Positions 50,144 to 64,000 of a stretch of 64,000 nucleotides of DNA are shown one piece after another. A program made the position numbers and the translations under genes. The notes beneath the pieces are model-generated. The model searched no databases. It was given only the letters and a program-made list of their open reading frames with translations, and was not told the DNA's origin. This DNA comes from the human T2T-CHM13v2.0 reference genome, Homo sapiens. The number at the start of each line of letters is the position of its first letter. Within the stretch, counting starts at the first letter, position 1. The stretch lies in NCBI RefSeq assembly GCF_009914755.1, contig NC_060938.1; one strand, written 5' to 3'.

Positions 50144-51477
50144 TAAATCTTTAAAGCAACCAACTGTGTTGCTAGGTGAAGAGGGCCAATAGCCACAAAA
50201 TAGTAGTCTTCGATCTGGGACGGCTGAGTGTGGCAGAGTCTCAATGGAAGGTCATCTTGGTACACTTGATGGCTGACCTGGCTATTTGTACAGTTGATGC
50301 TTAAAATCCTTAGCAGTATTCATAAGATTATATCACCATTAATAGTAACACACATACTGCAGTATACTCTAAAGTTTCTACTTCAAAGAAATTTGTCATT
50401 TGCTAAATTTTACATAAAGGCAAAGCAACATTGACTATTTTAGTAGCTATAAAAAATGTATGCCCTTACTGGCTATCCTCTGTGGAAACTTTGAATTGAC
50501 AATTAATTTGGAATTTCATTTATTATATTGTTCCAGCTAATGCAGTTTGAAGAAAGCAATAATCAAACTCTTGAGTTTTTTCTCTTTATATTAAAATAAG
50601 GTAAGTGTTTTTCAGTTTTCTTTATGGATTGATATTGACTACATGTTATTACTGACTTATGAAATTATACAATAAATTGTTCATGTGTGTAGAACATTTG
50701 TCTCTTTGAAGGTATATAAGGGATAGAGAAAATATCTAAGTATTTACAAAGTATTTGATGAGATTAAATAATCCTATTACCACTAATTTGTTGCTGGTGG
50801 CATTTGTGGGCAAATATGTAAGAAAAAGAGGGTTGATGTACAGATTCAGCCTCTTGGGCCTTCGGCCTGCCATTTTGACAAAATACAAAAGCTTTCCTAG
50901 AGCTGAAGGACAAGTGGGAATCATGTACTTCCACTGCAAAAAAAAAAAATTTGTTTGAGGGTATAATTTTGCCTGGATTTTCTTTGATTTATAAAGGATT
51001 ACTTGCCTGGCTTTGTTTGTTATACAAATATAGGTGACATTTGTAGCATGTGTTCTAGGATTTGGTTGCAAAAAATTTTGTGAGGGACTTAAGTGGCTAT
51101 TCCCTGAAATACCAGGTGTGAAGAAAGTAATTGCAGGAGACAAAATAGTTGCTTGAATAATGAATTTTTCTCATTCCTTCTCCCCAGGATTTCAAATTGG
51201 AGAATATTAGGGTAGCCTCAGTCAAGGTTCAGCGGCAAAGGCAGGAAATAGGGCTTAAGAAATAAAATGACCTTTAAGAAAGATAGAGTCCTGGTTGGAC
51301 AGGCCTAACATAAAGGACCAAAGGTTTGTGAAAGACAACTGGTTTTCTAACAGTTTGTGTGTGGCTGAGACCAGTTACCCTAGTGTGGCGGTTTGCAAAC
51401 TGGCATGCATAGGACTCTCTTGGAGGGATTGGTAAACACCGATATTTGAGCCTCACACCCAGGCTTTCCCGTAGTTT

Positions 51478-53260
51478 TCTATCTAGGGCAACTATAGCTT
51501 TACAAAGTGTATGTCTTAAATTATAATATTGGAAAGTCAAAATTCCTCCTGGATCCATGGGCTGAAGAATGGATATTGTATTAGCAGGTATGAAAACAAC
51601 ATTAATCTTCTTGTACCCCTCCATCAGAACCCTTGGGTAACAAGGTATATTGTCAATGAGCAGTAACATTTTGAAAAAAAATCTTTTTTCTAAGCAGTAG
51701 GTCTCCATAGTGGGCTTAAAAATATTCAGGAGACCATCCTGTAATCAGATGTGTGGTCATCCAGGCTTTGTTTTTCTGTTTACAGAGCACATGCAGAGTA
51801 GATTTAGGTTAATTTTTAAGGGCCCTAGGATTTTCAGAATGGTAAATGAGCATTGCATCAACTTCAGGTCACAAGCTGCATTAGCCCCTATCAAGAGAGT
51901 CGGCCTGTTATTTGAAGCTTTAAATCCAGGCATTGACTTCTCTTCTTTAGCTATGAAAGTCCTAGACAACATCTTCTTCCAATCGAAGGCTGTTTTGTCT
52001 ATATTAAAAATCTATTGTTTAGTGTAGCCACCTTCATCAATGATCTTAGCTAGATTTTTTGGGATAACTTGCTGCAACTTCTGCATCAGCACCTGTTGCT
52101 TAAACTTGCACTTGTATGATACGAAGATGGCTTCTTTCCTTAAACCTCAAGAACCAACCTGTGCTAGCTTCATACTTTTCTTTTGCACCTTCCTCACCTC
52201 TCTCAGCCTTGACTGAATTGAAGAGAGTTAGAGACTTGCACTGGATTGGACTTTGGCTTAAGGAAATGTGGCTGGTTTGATTTTCCATCTAGACCGCTAA
52301 AACTTTCTCCATATCAGTAATATGGTTGTTTTGCTTTCTTATTATTTGTATTTACTGGAGTAGCACTTAGAATTTATTTATTTTATTTTATTTATTTAAT
52401 TTTTTTTGAGACGGAGTCTCGCTTTGTCATCCAGGCTAGAGCGCAGTTGTGTGATCTTGGCTCACTGTAACCTCTGCCTCCCGGGTTCAAGCAATTCCTT
52501 GCCTCAGCCTTCTGAGTAGCTGGGATTACAGGCGTTTGCCACCACGCCCGGCTAATTTTTGTATTTTCAGTAGAGATGGGGTTTCACCATCTTGGCCAGG
52601 CTGGTCTTGAACTCCTGACCTCGTGATCCACCTGCCTCGGCTTCCCAAAGTGCTGGGATTACAGGCGTGAGCCACCGTGCCTGGCCTGAATTTATTTTAA
52701 GAACTTTTTCTTTGCATTCTGAACTTGGGTGTTTGGTGCAAGAGGCCTAGCTTTCTGCTTATCTTGGTTTTCGACATGCCATCCCTATTAAGCTTATTTC
52801 TAGCTTTGATTTAAGGTGAGAGATGTGCAACCCTCCCTTTCACTTGAACACTTAGGGGCTATTGTAGGGTTATTAAGTGGCCTAATTTCAATAGTGTTGT
52901 GTTCCAGGGAATAGAGAGGCCTGAGGAGAGGGAGACAGATGGGGGAACAGCCGGTAGGTGGAACAGTCAGAACACACTCAACATTTATGAAGTTCCTCAT
53001 TCTATATGGACATCATTCATGGCTCCCACAAACAATTGTAATAGTGTCATCAAAGATCACTGCCCACAGATCATTATACATAATAGTAATGAAAATGTTG
53101 GAATTATTGTGAGAATTACCAGAATGTGACACAGAGACAGGAAGTGTGCACATGTTGAAAAAATGGCACTGATCGGCTTGGCTTAAGGCTGAGTTGCCAC
53201 AAAACTTCAATTTGTAAAAAGCTGAATATCTGTGAAGTGCAATGAAAGGAGGTATGCCTA
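51478..53260 (-). mobile_element. Tigger1 (pogo family), 3'-truncated, decayed transposase
   Basis: 5' TIR TAGGCATACC (consensus CAGGCATACC) next to TA; transposase remnants [55 protein letters not shown]. Confidence 0.93.
52380..52686 (-). mobile_element. AluSg-like, nested in Tigger1
   Basis: Full dimer; TSD GAATTTATTT at 52370-52379 and 52688-52697. Confidence 0.93.
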
Positions 53261-54889
53261 TACATCATAGTTGATATGATCTGTTTAGAGTAAATACATT
53301 TATGCATATTGAAATTCTCTTCTCATGTTCTGCATTTATCTACATAAAAATGTAGTGTACTAAGTTTATTTAATTGACTAATTACTATTGCATTATCTTT
53401 CAGCCTTTGTCTTTTTTCTCCTTCTCTATTTGGTGGATCATTTTACTCCTCCCATTATTTTATCTGTTAATTTGACTTGGCTTTATAGTCAAATGTTCAC
53501 TCAGTTAATAATATAAAACCTTTCTGATATATTTTTGGTCGTTTTACTGTCTACACCTTAGCTAGATAATACAAAGTCGAAGACGTTTCACACTTTTTGA
53601 AACTTTCATTGCTTCTCTTAATTTTCACATAGTTTAATTTTTACTCACCTATTATTAGTCTCTGTAGAATTTGTCTCATGAAAGAACAACATCGATGCAT
53701 TTTTGGCATAGTTTTCTTTATTGCTAGGACATAGTATGCTCGGTAGTGTAGGCAATAAATTGGCTTTGTTTTAGTAACTACCAGCAAAAGTTCTACATAA
53801 CTACATAATTTAAAAAATTTTTAAGAATTGAAATCTCTCGAAATGTTGATCTTGTGAGATTACACAACGTTTACATATTAAGGTCTCAATAAAGATTTTG
53901 TTCAAATATGTTTCTAAGCCTCTTTATGGGCTTTAGATCTGTCCATATTAGTAATCTTCTTTGGAAACAGAATCAGGAAAGGACCTCTTCTAAAGACTCT
54001 TTGGGTTAAACTACCTTAAAAGAGAAGCACTCTTGTGGACCTGATAAAGGTGAATTTTGCAAGTTTTTGCGTTTTATTCAAGGCAAGGAATTTAGACAGA
54101 AGAACCATAGGAGAAACACTTGCTTTGAGTTTCTGAGTTAGGCAGAAAATGTGTTCACAGTGGCTCTGGTCTTTGTAAATATAGAACAAATTAAAGAATT
54201 AGTAGTGTAATTAATTAATAATGCTATGAGAGAACATTTCTCACTAATTCTTCTGTAACTCAGAAGTTCACACTAAAGTTGGAAGCTATGCTGCCCTGTG
54301 GAGCCCATTCCTTTTATATTGCCTGCTACTTGTTGGAGTGCCTGTCTCTGCTTGGTAAAAAGAGCATCAGGCTGAGTCTTCAGGAGGAAAACCCCAACAG
54401 TGTTTAATTAGATAGGTAAACTTCCACGTTTGATCATGCAGCTGGAAAACTTAATAGTGAATTAAATGTTGGACGTATACATTGTCATTGCCCATCTGTT
54501 TGCAACCAAACATAAACTAGAGAACACTCTCCTAGCTTCTTTACCTCACTGATAAGGTCAGAAAATGTTTGAATGGAAGCACCAGAAAGACTTTTCTGTG
54601 AGGGAAATGATTACACATGAAAGTGTAAATTCTGGTTCTGTTCATGCTAGTTTATTTTATAGTCTTCAGCTTCCTGTAGGAGAATACAATTCACTTGAAA
54701 GAAAATAGCGTAGAGGAGGAAGTGAGGAACTGCACAAGGGCAGAAATCAGCAGGGCAGTGTGGGTGATGCATGTGTGCATGCACATGTATGCGTGTAGGG
54801 AGCAGGAGAGCTGGAAATGTGGGTCAGGAATGAAATAAGAAAGGTGTTTTTTTTTTTTTTTTAAAAACACAATATTGTAAGAGTTAATA

Positions 54890-54895
54890 TTTATT
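54890..54895 (-). terminator. Polyadenylation signal used by the transducing L1 transcript
   Basis: TTTATT on + (AATAAA on -), 27 nt upstream of the poly(A) that starts at 54862. Confidence 0.85.
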
Positions 54896-54928
54896 AAAAA
54901 TTCACATGTAGTTATAGTAAATACATGA

Positions 54929-55302
<374 letters not shown>

Positions 55303-55407
55303 ACAATATTCTTAAAGTTGCTTCAGTGAGGTCACACATTTTCCCTATTATAGCTATTTCTTACAGTCTTCTTTTAAAATATAACTTTTTTTCATTATTC
55401 TTTTCAG

Positions 55408-55522
55408 TTAGGGAAAGATGGCTGTGTCTCCAAGTTTATTAACAGAGATGCTTTTGAGTTAAATCGGGAAGGATACTGGAGGTTCCTCAAAGTGCATGCT
55501 CTTGTTACAGAAGACGGAACAG
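55408..55522 (+). pseudogene. OVOS2: Isolated 115-nt exon of an ovostatin / alpha-2-macroglobulin family gene (MG3-domain region, equivalent to the A2M exon encoding LNSHGC..EEGT)
   Basis: ttcttttcAG|TTA..ACAG|GTaatg; translates LGKDGCVSKFINRDAFELNREGYWRFLKVHALVTEDGT(G), aligning without gaps over 38 aa to A2M [38 protein letters not shown]. Assignment to ovostatin is from memory; OVOS1 versus OVOS2 cannot be resolved. Confidence 0.82.
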
Positions 55523-55931
55523 GTAATGCTTTCTTTAAGAAGCCAGACCCCAATGGATATCACTGTCTCATTCGAATTGTTACCTGATTGCCAACTATAC
55601 AATGTTAATACAATCATTTTCCCTGAGGGCTTTTCACTGGGTTCGTCTGATTCAAATTCTGAATGTTTCATATATCAACCAAAATTTTCACACACATGTT
55701 GATGTATGGTCAAGTACTAAATTCAAATAAGGCTACAATAGAAGTAAGAATGCCAACTTTTTTTCCCATTAAATTTGTGATAATTTATTACACAGTAATA
55801 CAAAACAAATACAATCCCAATGCTTTATCTGAGTCATAGAAATTTTGTTCTCTAGGAAAGAAAACATAATTATATAGTTTTAGGAAAATTTACTAATTCT
55901 TATTTCTTTTTTTATTATTATTATACTTTAA

Positions 55932-58434
<2,503 letters not shown>

Positions 58435-61169
58435 ACAACGAGAACACATGGACACAGGAAGGGGAACATCACACTCTGGGGACTGTTGTGGGGTGAGGGG
58501 AGCGGGGAGGGATAGCATTAGGAGAAAGGTCTTTTTATCTATGCAGAGCAACTTGTACATTGACCTAGGCCTGCGGTTTCAGACAGTGCTCCAAGAGCCC
58601 TTTCAGGCACCTGTGTGGTAGTGGGAGGGAATGGGGCTTTGGAATCCTTATCTTCATTTCAGTCAGCGTTAATATACATATTGTATAAATTTTGTTTCTT
58701 CTTATCCTCTTTGTTAAACAAAGTGCTTTGCAGCTTTCATATTTACCCTTGGTGGTTATGCCTTTGTTCCTAGTCTGGGATAATATTTTAATTTTTGTCA
58801 TGTAGTCATTAAAACCATGTGTTACTGTCTTAGTCTATGACTTGCTTGGACCACTGTGTTTATTTTGGTGCTTCACATTCTTCTTTCCTAATAAAATAAT
58901 TTTTGATTGAATAATCAGAATGATTCCTGGGGAGGCTCTAGTCCTTTCAGCCTATCTTCCCTTTTAGGATTGCATGCCATAAAATCCTGAATATCTCTCT
59001 GAACTTTCAAATTCTTGACTTACTCTAGTCTGGACTTATATCAAGCCGTCTACTTCAACCTTTCCCTTGCTGGTCATCGTAAGCCTCTGTGTGACAGGGC
59101 CCTTGAACCCTTAAATTCATGTCACTTTTGCTTCACCAACCCATTCATTTTTTGACCTTAAGTCTCTAAATAGTTTCTAGACTTTCTTGGTGCTCAAACT
59201 ATGAAGACTTGTCCCATGCTTTGTTTGCACTGAATGAGACACAAGAGCTGATAGAGTTCCTCGTTACAACTGTGTCTATTTTGTGTCCTGTCTCAGTAGT
59301 GTATTCTAGAATGGGCTCAGGAATGTTACAATATCATCACAATACTTTTCATTTCCTTCCTCCCACTAATTTCTAGTAAAATATTATTCTTTGTTGATTT
59401 ATTTCTATTGCAATTACCTTCTACCTGCCCAGTGAGTTTTTTGTTTGCTTGTTTATTTTTTTAATAGGGTAACTCATTTTATTGTTATATTTGAAATATA
59501 GGCATATTCTAGCAATTATCAATACTACCTATATTGTCATAGTAATTAGGCTACATTACAAATTTAAGCTTGATTATTTCAATTCAATCTTGATTTTCAG
59601 GGCTATTTACATAGTTCTGCAGCTATGTTAACTTCAGCAACTATAAGTAGCATCTATGATCTTTAAAGTTGTTTCCTCATGGTAATTGTTAGATACATAC
59701 TCTCCAGTTAGATTTTCTGGTAGGCCGATGGGAGAGATATGTTGGGCAGGATAGAATTTTCAGCATTTCTCAATAGACATAGAAATGATTTTCTACTCTG
59801 TGTGCAGAGTTAAGCATTCATAATGTAGAAGTTCAGTTGAGAGGCCTCTTTTAAAAAGAGTGGCAGAAAACATGAGAAAAAAGTGGGAAAGTTTGCTAGT
59901 CTTGCACACCCTTGGGGATTTGGCATGCTTCACATGTGATAAAACTTGATTAATTTTTCTCCTTTGTGGATCACAGTTGGGGACCCCACCAGACTGAGGT
60001 ACACAATTATATTCATCCATCGCAAAACAAAACTAAAACTGTAACGAATGTATTTGAAGAGAAATATGAAAGAAATGAGATGTAGTATGACTTGTTCATT
60101 TTGGCATGGTCTTATGAAATTTGCTTTTGCTTATATAAGTAGGTTCAGTTAGAGTGGTTCTGCTACAGATGACCATTAATTACTATTTAATTTATTGGTA
60201 GTTTAAAAACCTGATTTATTTGATCAAGTGGAATGATGTAGATTATTCTTGATAAACACTAGTTCAATATTATAATTCATGCTTTTGAGGATCATGACCA
60301 GTTTATCTTTAGAAATAGACATTATCTCAGTAGATGCTTTTCCTCTCTTTTTTCCTCCTTGTTGAGATGATTTTAGCATTAGTGCTCATATGCACAGAAT
60401 GTTCACTCTCATCATTTCATTGCTCTTGATTTTGTTTTAAGTAGTGATTTTGACCCTTTTGTTTATCACTGTTTGAGGTTGTTTGTTCATTTCTAGTGTT
60501 ATTGGGGGAACTGAATGAACTAGATTGTTCTAGTTCAGCTATGTTATGGTTTCTTATATTTTAACAATACCTTCTCCATCCACCAAGGAAAATGGATGGA
60601 AACCTTCCATAGTAGGTGAGCTCTATAATGGTTTTCATCAGGTGAAAGCATGACAAAGCCTTCTGATGAGACTGAAGAGAAATATATAAATAAAAACACA
60701 ACTGCTGCTTGAGCTCTTCCTGCAGATGGCACTGGTGTTACTTGGATAAAGAACATTTTTGTGTTCAGCAGCTTTTAGTACATTGTGCACACTGGAAAGG
60801 CTCATACATACCAGGAAACTAAGTAGATGTTTTGTAATAAGTGCTCACTTATCTGTGCATGATTGAACCCCAGCATGGTTCAACCCGTCCTTTTGGAGGT
60901 CTGCTTTTCAATGAATGCATTCACATGGACAATAAAATCTGATGCAGTACTCTTTTTGACTAGGGAAGAGACCTACCACTAAAATCACATAAAAAAGTAA
61001 ACCTCCAGGACCAGTCTCCCAGTTGCATCTGCTTGAAAAATCCGGCCTAGTCTGAGAATGCATAAATATCACAGGGGTTTGAAGGGAGATATCATGATTT
61101 TTTAAAGTAAAAATATGTTATTCTGATAAAATCCTGGGAGATTTATTCTGGTAATCTTAAAAGTGAATT

Positions 61170-61520
61170 CGACAAAGATTTATTGAACACTTATGTAAGG
61201 CAATGCATTGTGCCAAATTGCTACAGAAGGTTCAAAGATGAAAAACAGAAAACAAACATGATCTGTATCTCCTCAGATCTCTCAAGATAATTGCAAAAAC
61301 AGACATAAGCGCAAAGATGTGAGATGCAAGTTAGTTTGGTAAGTGATATAAAAATTACCAGTAAGATGTTATTGGAGTAAGGGAGGGGTATCAAAGAGGA
61401 TTTGAGATGGGCTGTGAAAGAAGGGAATATTCAGTGGAATATGAAGTGGGGAAGAGACAAAGTAAGAATTTTCAATAAGGGAACTGTACGAGCAAAGGCA
61501 TAGTAGAGAACAGTATTCTG
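61170..61520 (-). mobile_element. L2 3' fragment
   Basis: atttattgaacacttatgtaaggcaatgcattgtgcc..ggatttgagatgggctgtgaaag. Confidence 0.6.
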
Positions 61521-61554
61521 TTTGGGTTTAATGATTTATTTAAGGACTGATACA

Positions 61555-61960
61555 CTCAAGGCTCCCTGTAAGTTGCTCTAAAATATGACTCTATACCACT
61601 TTCTAATTTTGGGCTCCTGGGCATGTTAGTTAACCTCACTGTGCCTTTGTTTCCTTGTTTCTAATGGAGGGTAGTAAGACTACCTCCCTGAAAAGGTTTC
61701 TGAGAGGATTAAATGAGCTAACATATATATAGTGCCTGACCATAGTAACAAATATTACTGTCATTATAAAAATAAATATTGGATGGGCACATTTTATGCC
61801 AGTCATTCTACAAGGAGAATTCTAATTCTATCAGGAGACTAAGAATTAGGTATCATCACAGTTGTACAAGTAACAACATTTAGGTTTAGGTAGATAAATT
61901 AACTTGCTAAAGATATTACAGAATAGGTTTGTACTCAGGCCAAGTCTATCTTTTTTTCTG
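61555..61960. mobile_element. Two MIRs, tail to tail (+ at ~61555-61770, - at ~61780-61960)
   Basis: gggcatgttagttaacctcactgtgcct..gaggattaaatgagctaa..agtgcctgaccatagtaa, then a degenerate reverse copy (aggtttaggtagataaattaacttgc). Confidence 0.6.
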
Positions 61961-61999
61961 CTTCATTTTTCACTTTTTATATAATAAGTTGATTGTAAT

Positions 62000-62850
62000 C
62001 AGTCTGTGTGGTGAGTGGGTGGAAAGGAGCTTCAGTGACTTAAGGATGGTAGGGGCCCAGAGCAGAAGCCTTCTGATGCTTGGCCAAGGGTTTAATCTTT
62101 ATTTGTTATGCAATAGAAAATTACTTATGGGTTATCATGAACACCACCTGTCTCCTTTGGCAAAGAGTGAAAGATAGTTGTGACCCATAGAAGACAATTA
62201 ATAAGTGTGACTTAAGGCTAATTAAAAAAATTTCAAATATTAACTGAGGGGTTTCTTTTAGTTTAGAGGAGGGAACACAGTAGTAGTTTGAAGAATTATA
62301 GTCAGCAAAGGAGAGTGAAAAGAAACAGATGAAGGAAAGGAGAAAGCAATAGGATATTTTGGGAAAGGCACAGGCATGATGGCTGAGTGAACTCAAGGGA
62401 GTGATTAGCAATGACAAGTGCAGAAAAGAAATGGAATAGAATGTAGACCACTGTCAGAAGAGTGTTGGTGGAGGAGTGGGAATAGACACTGTGTGGTAGT
62501 AGGTTGAAGAGTGACTGTGAGGTGTATTGTGTGAGAGGGAATTTAGACTGCTTCTTTGAGGAGTTGACATTCTTCATTATGAAGAGAGAGAAGAGAGGCA
62601 GCCCCAAAGGTGTCATCGTAATCATTTTTATTGTGTGTATATGCATGTGTTTTTCTCTTAGGGATGGGAGTGCATTGATAGTATTGAGGAAGCTGCCAAT
62701 AGAGCTGAAGCCAGAGAATGAGAGGTGAGTGATGGTCAGGGAGGTGATAATAGTGAATGTAGCCAGAGGCTAAAAGGGATTAGTCATCCAGTGCAATGAA
62801 GATTGGAAAGTAGGAAGGTGACACGAGAATAAGATTGTGGGTGTAGAGTA
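62000..62850 (-). mobile_element. L2 fragments
   Basis: Purine-rich L2 motifs (gtgttggtggaggagtgggaatagac..aggttgaagagtgactgtgaggtg). Confidence 0.55.
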
Positions 62851-64000
62851 TTGAAGGAGAAACTTTTTGCTTCACGGAAAAAATAGTGTGGCCAGAGGCT
62901 ATTAAATACATTCTGAATTCTCATATGTGACACATAAATCCCTTAACTAATTCCTCAGTTTTAATGTCCTACTCCTTCAACGTGCTACACCACCATTTTA
63001 GAACTGTTACCAAATGCTATTCATATCCTGTATTTTGGCATATGGTGTCCTCAATATTAGAAGGTTTTTCTTTCAGATCCTCTATGGTTCAAGTATAGTT
63101 TAATATCTCTCTTCTGTGGTCCACTGGGTCTTGAATTCTCTAAATTCCCTCCGAGTAGACTTCATTAGATCGAGAGCATCTTAATAACAAGGACCATTTT
63201 CCAACATAGTTTTGTATTCTTATCACTTAGCATACAGTAGTTGTCCAATAAAATTTGTTGAGTCTAAATTTCATTTTCCAAAGTAAGACATTTTGTGTTT
63301 TTAAGTTTTTGTGGTGATTTAGGATTACTCCAATTTATATACTTTCCATTTGTAAAGCTGAATTAGAAGCAGACTTGATTTTAAAACTGGTGAAAATGAT
63401 ACTTTACTTGCTAAATCACTCTCTTAAATGCACACTACCTTTGCTTTTTGATTTGGTGTGTGTATCTGTGTGTGAATTATGGGTCATCAACAAGCGTTAA
63501 ATATATTAAGGGTAGAATTTTAGTCTTAATTTTTGAATCTACAACAAAGGCTTGCTAGACTCATGATCAATAAATGCCTGACAAGCAACTAGTAAACTTT
63601 TGTTTGTACTCTGTTATGTACTATGTATGCGTCCAGAATCTTCTTGGAGGGTTCATTTTATATCCCTGTGTCTGAGTTACTTCTCTGTGAAATGACTTCC
63701 TCCACTGACTTCTGCACAATTATAGTTCAGAATTAAGGAGGCTATATTTGATTAATAATTTCTGCTTATAGAAGAAAAGTACTATGTAGATGAATATTCA
63801 ACAAGGAAAATGTTCTTAGTCATATGCTGGCCTATTCAGTGGGTGAGTAAAATGAGTACTATAATCTGTCACAACCATCTTTGTATGCAAAGTTTAGTAA
63901 TAAATCATAGAGGATTTTGCTTTTATTTAAATGAGCATAGGCCTATTGCCTCTGTTCTTTAAAAGTTCAGTTCTCTCTTATTTAGAACACTTTTTATTTG

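Noticed and set aside
51274-52288. Possible domesticated Tigger transposase (TIGD-like)
   Set aside because: Multiple stops and frameshifts, an Alu insertion and 3' truncation.
55459-55702. ORF-track ORFs overlapping the ovostatin exon (70 aa on -, 68 aa on +)
   Set aside because: Wrong strand or frame; the homologous frame starts at 55408 and is bounded by splice sites.

Overview
Primate (catarrhine, probably hominoid) non-coding DNA dominated by transposable elements: at least 11 LINE-1 insertions from L1PA3/4 back to L1M/L1ME, 9 Alus, MaLR/ERVL solo LTRs, Tigger/MER5 DNA transposons and MIR/L2 relics. No complete protein-coding gene is present, and nearly all long ORFs in the track are decayed L1 ORF1/ORF2, Tigger1 transposase or Alu read-throughs. 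The strand bias of L1 and Alu insertions suggests the window lies in an intron of a + strand transcription unit that I cannot name. The standout is a single ~3.7 kb TPRT insertion (54838-58536): a twin-primed, 5'-inverted L1PA3/4 carrying a ~1 kb 3' transduction with its own AATAAA and poly(A). The transduced DNA holds an intact 115-nt coding exon of an ovostatin/alpha-2-macroglobulin-family gene, with both splice sites, now on the + strand. This is L1-mediated exon shuffling readable directly from the sequence. Other points: an L1 5'UTR whose ORF0 is N-terminally extended to 185 aa by a 4-nt insertion, a second twin-primed L1, a 119-bp hairpin, a micro DUP-INV-DUP scar and several orphan + strand exon candidates. 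Repeat subfamily names come from remembered consensus sequences, not from a RepeatMasker run.
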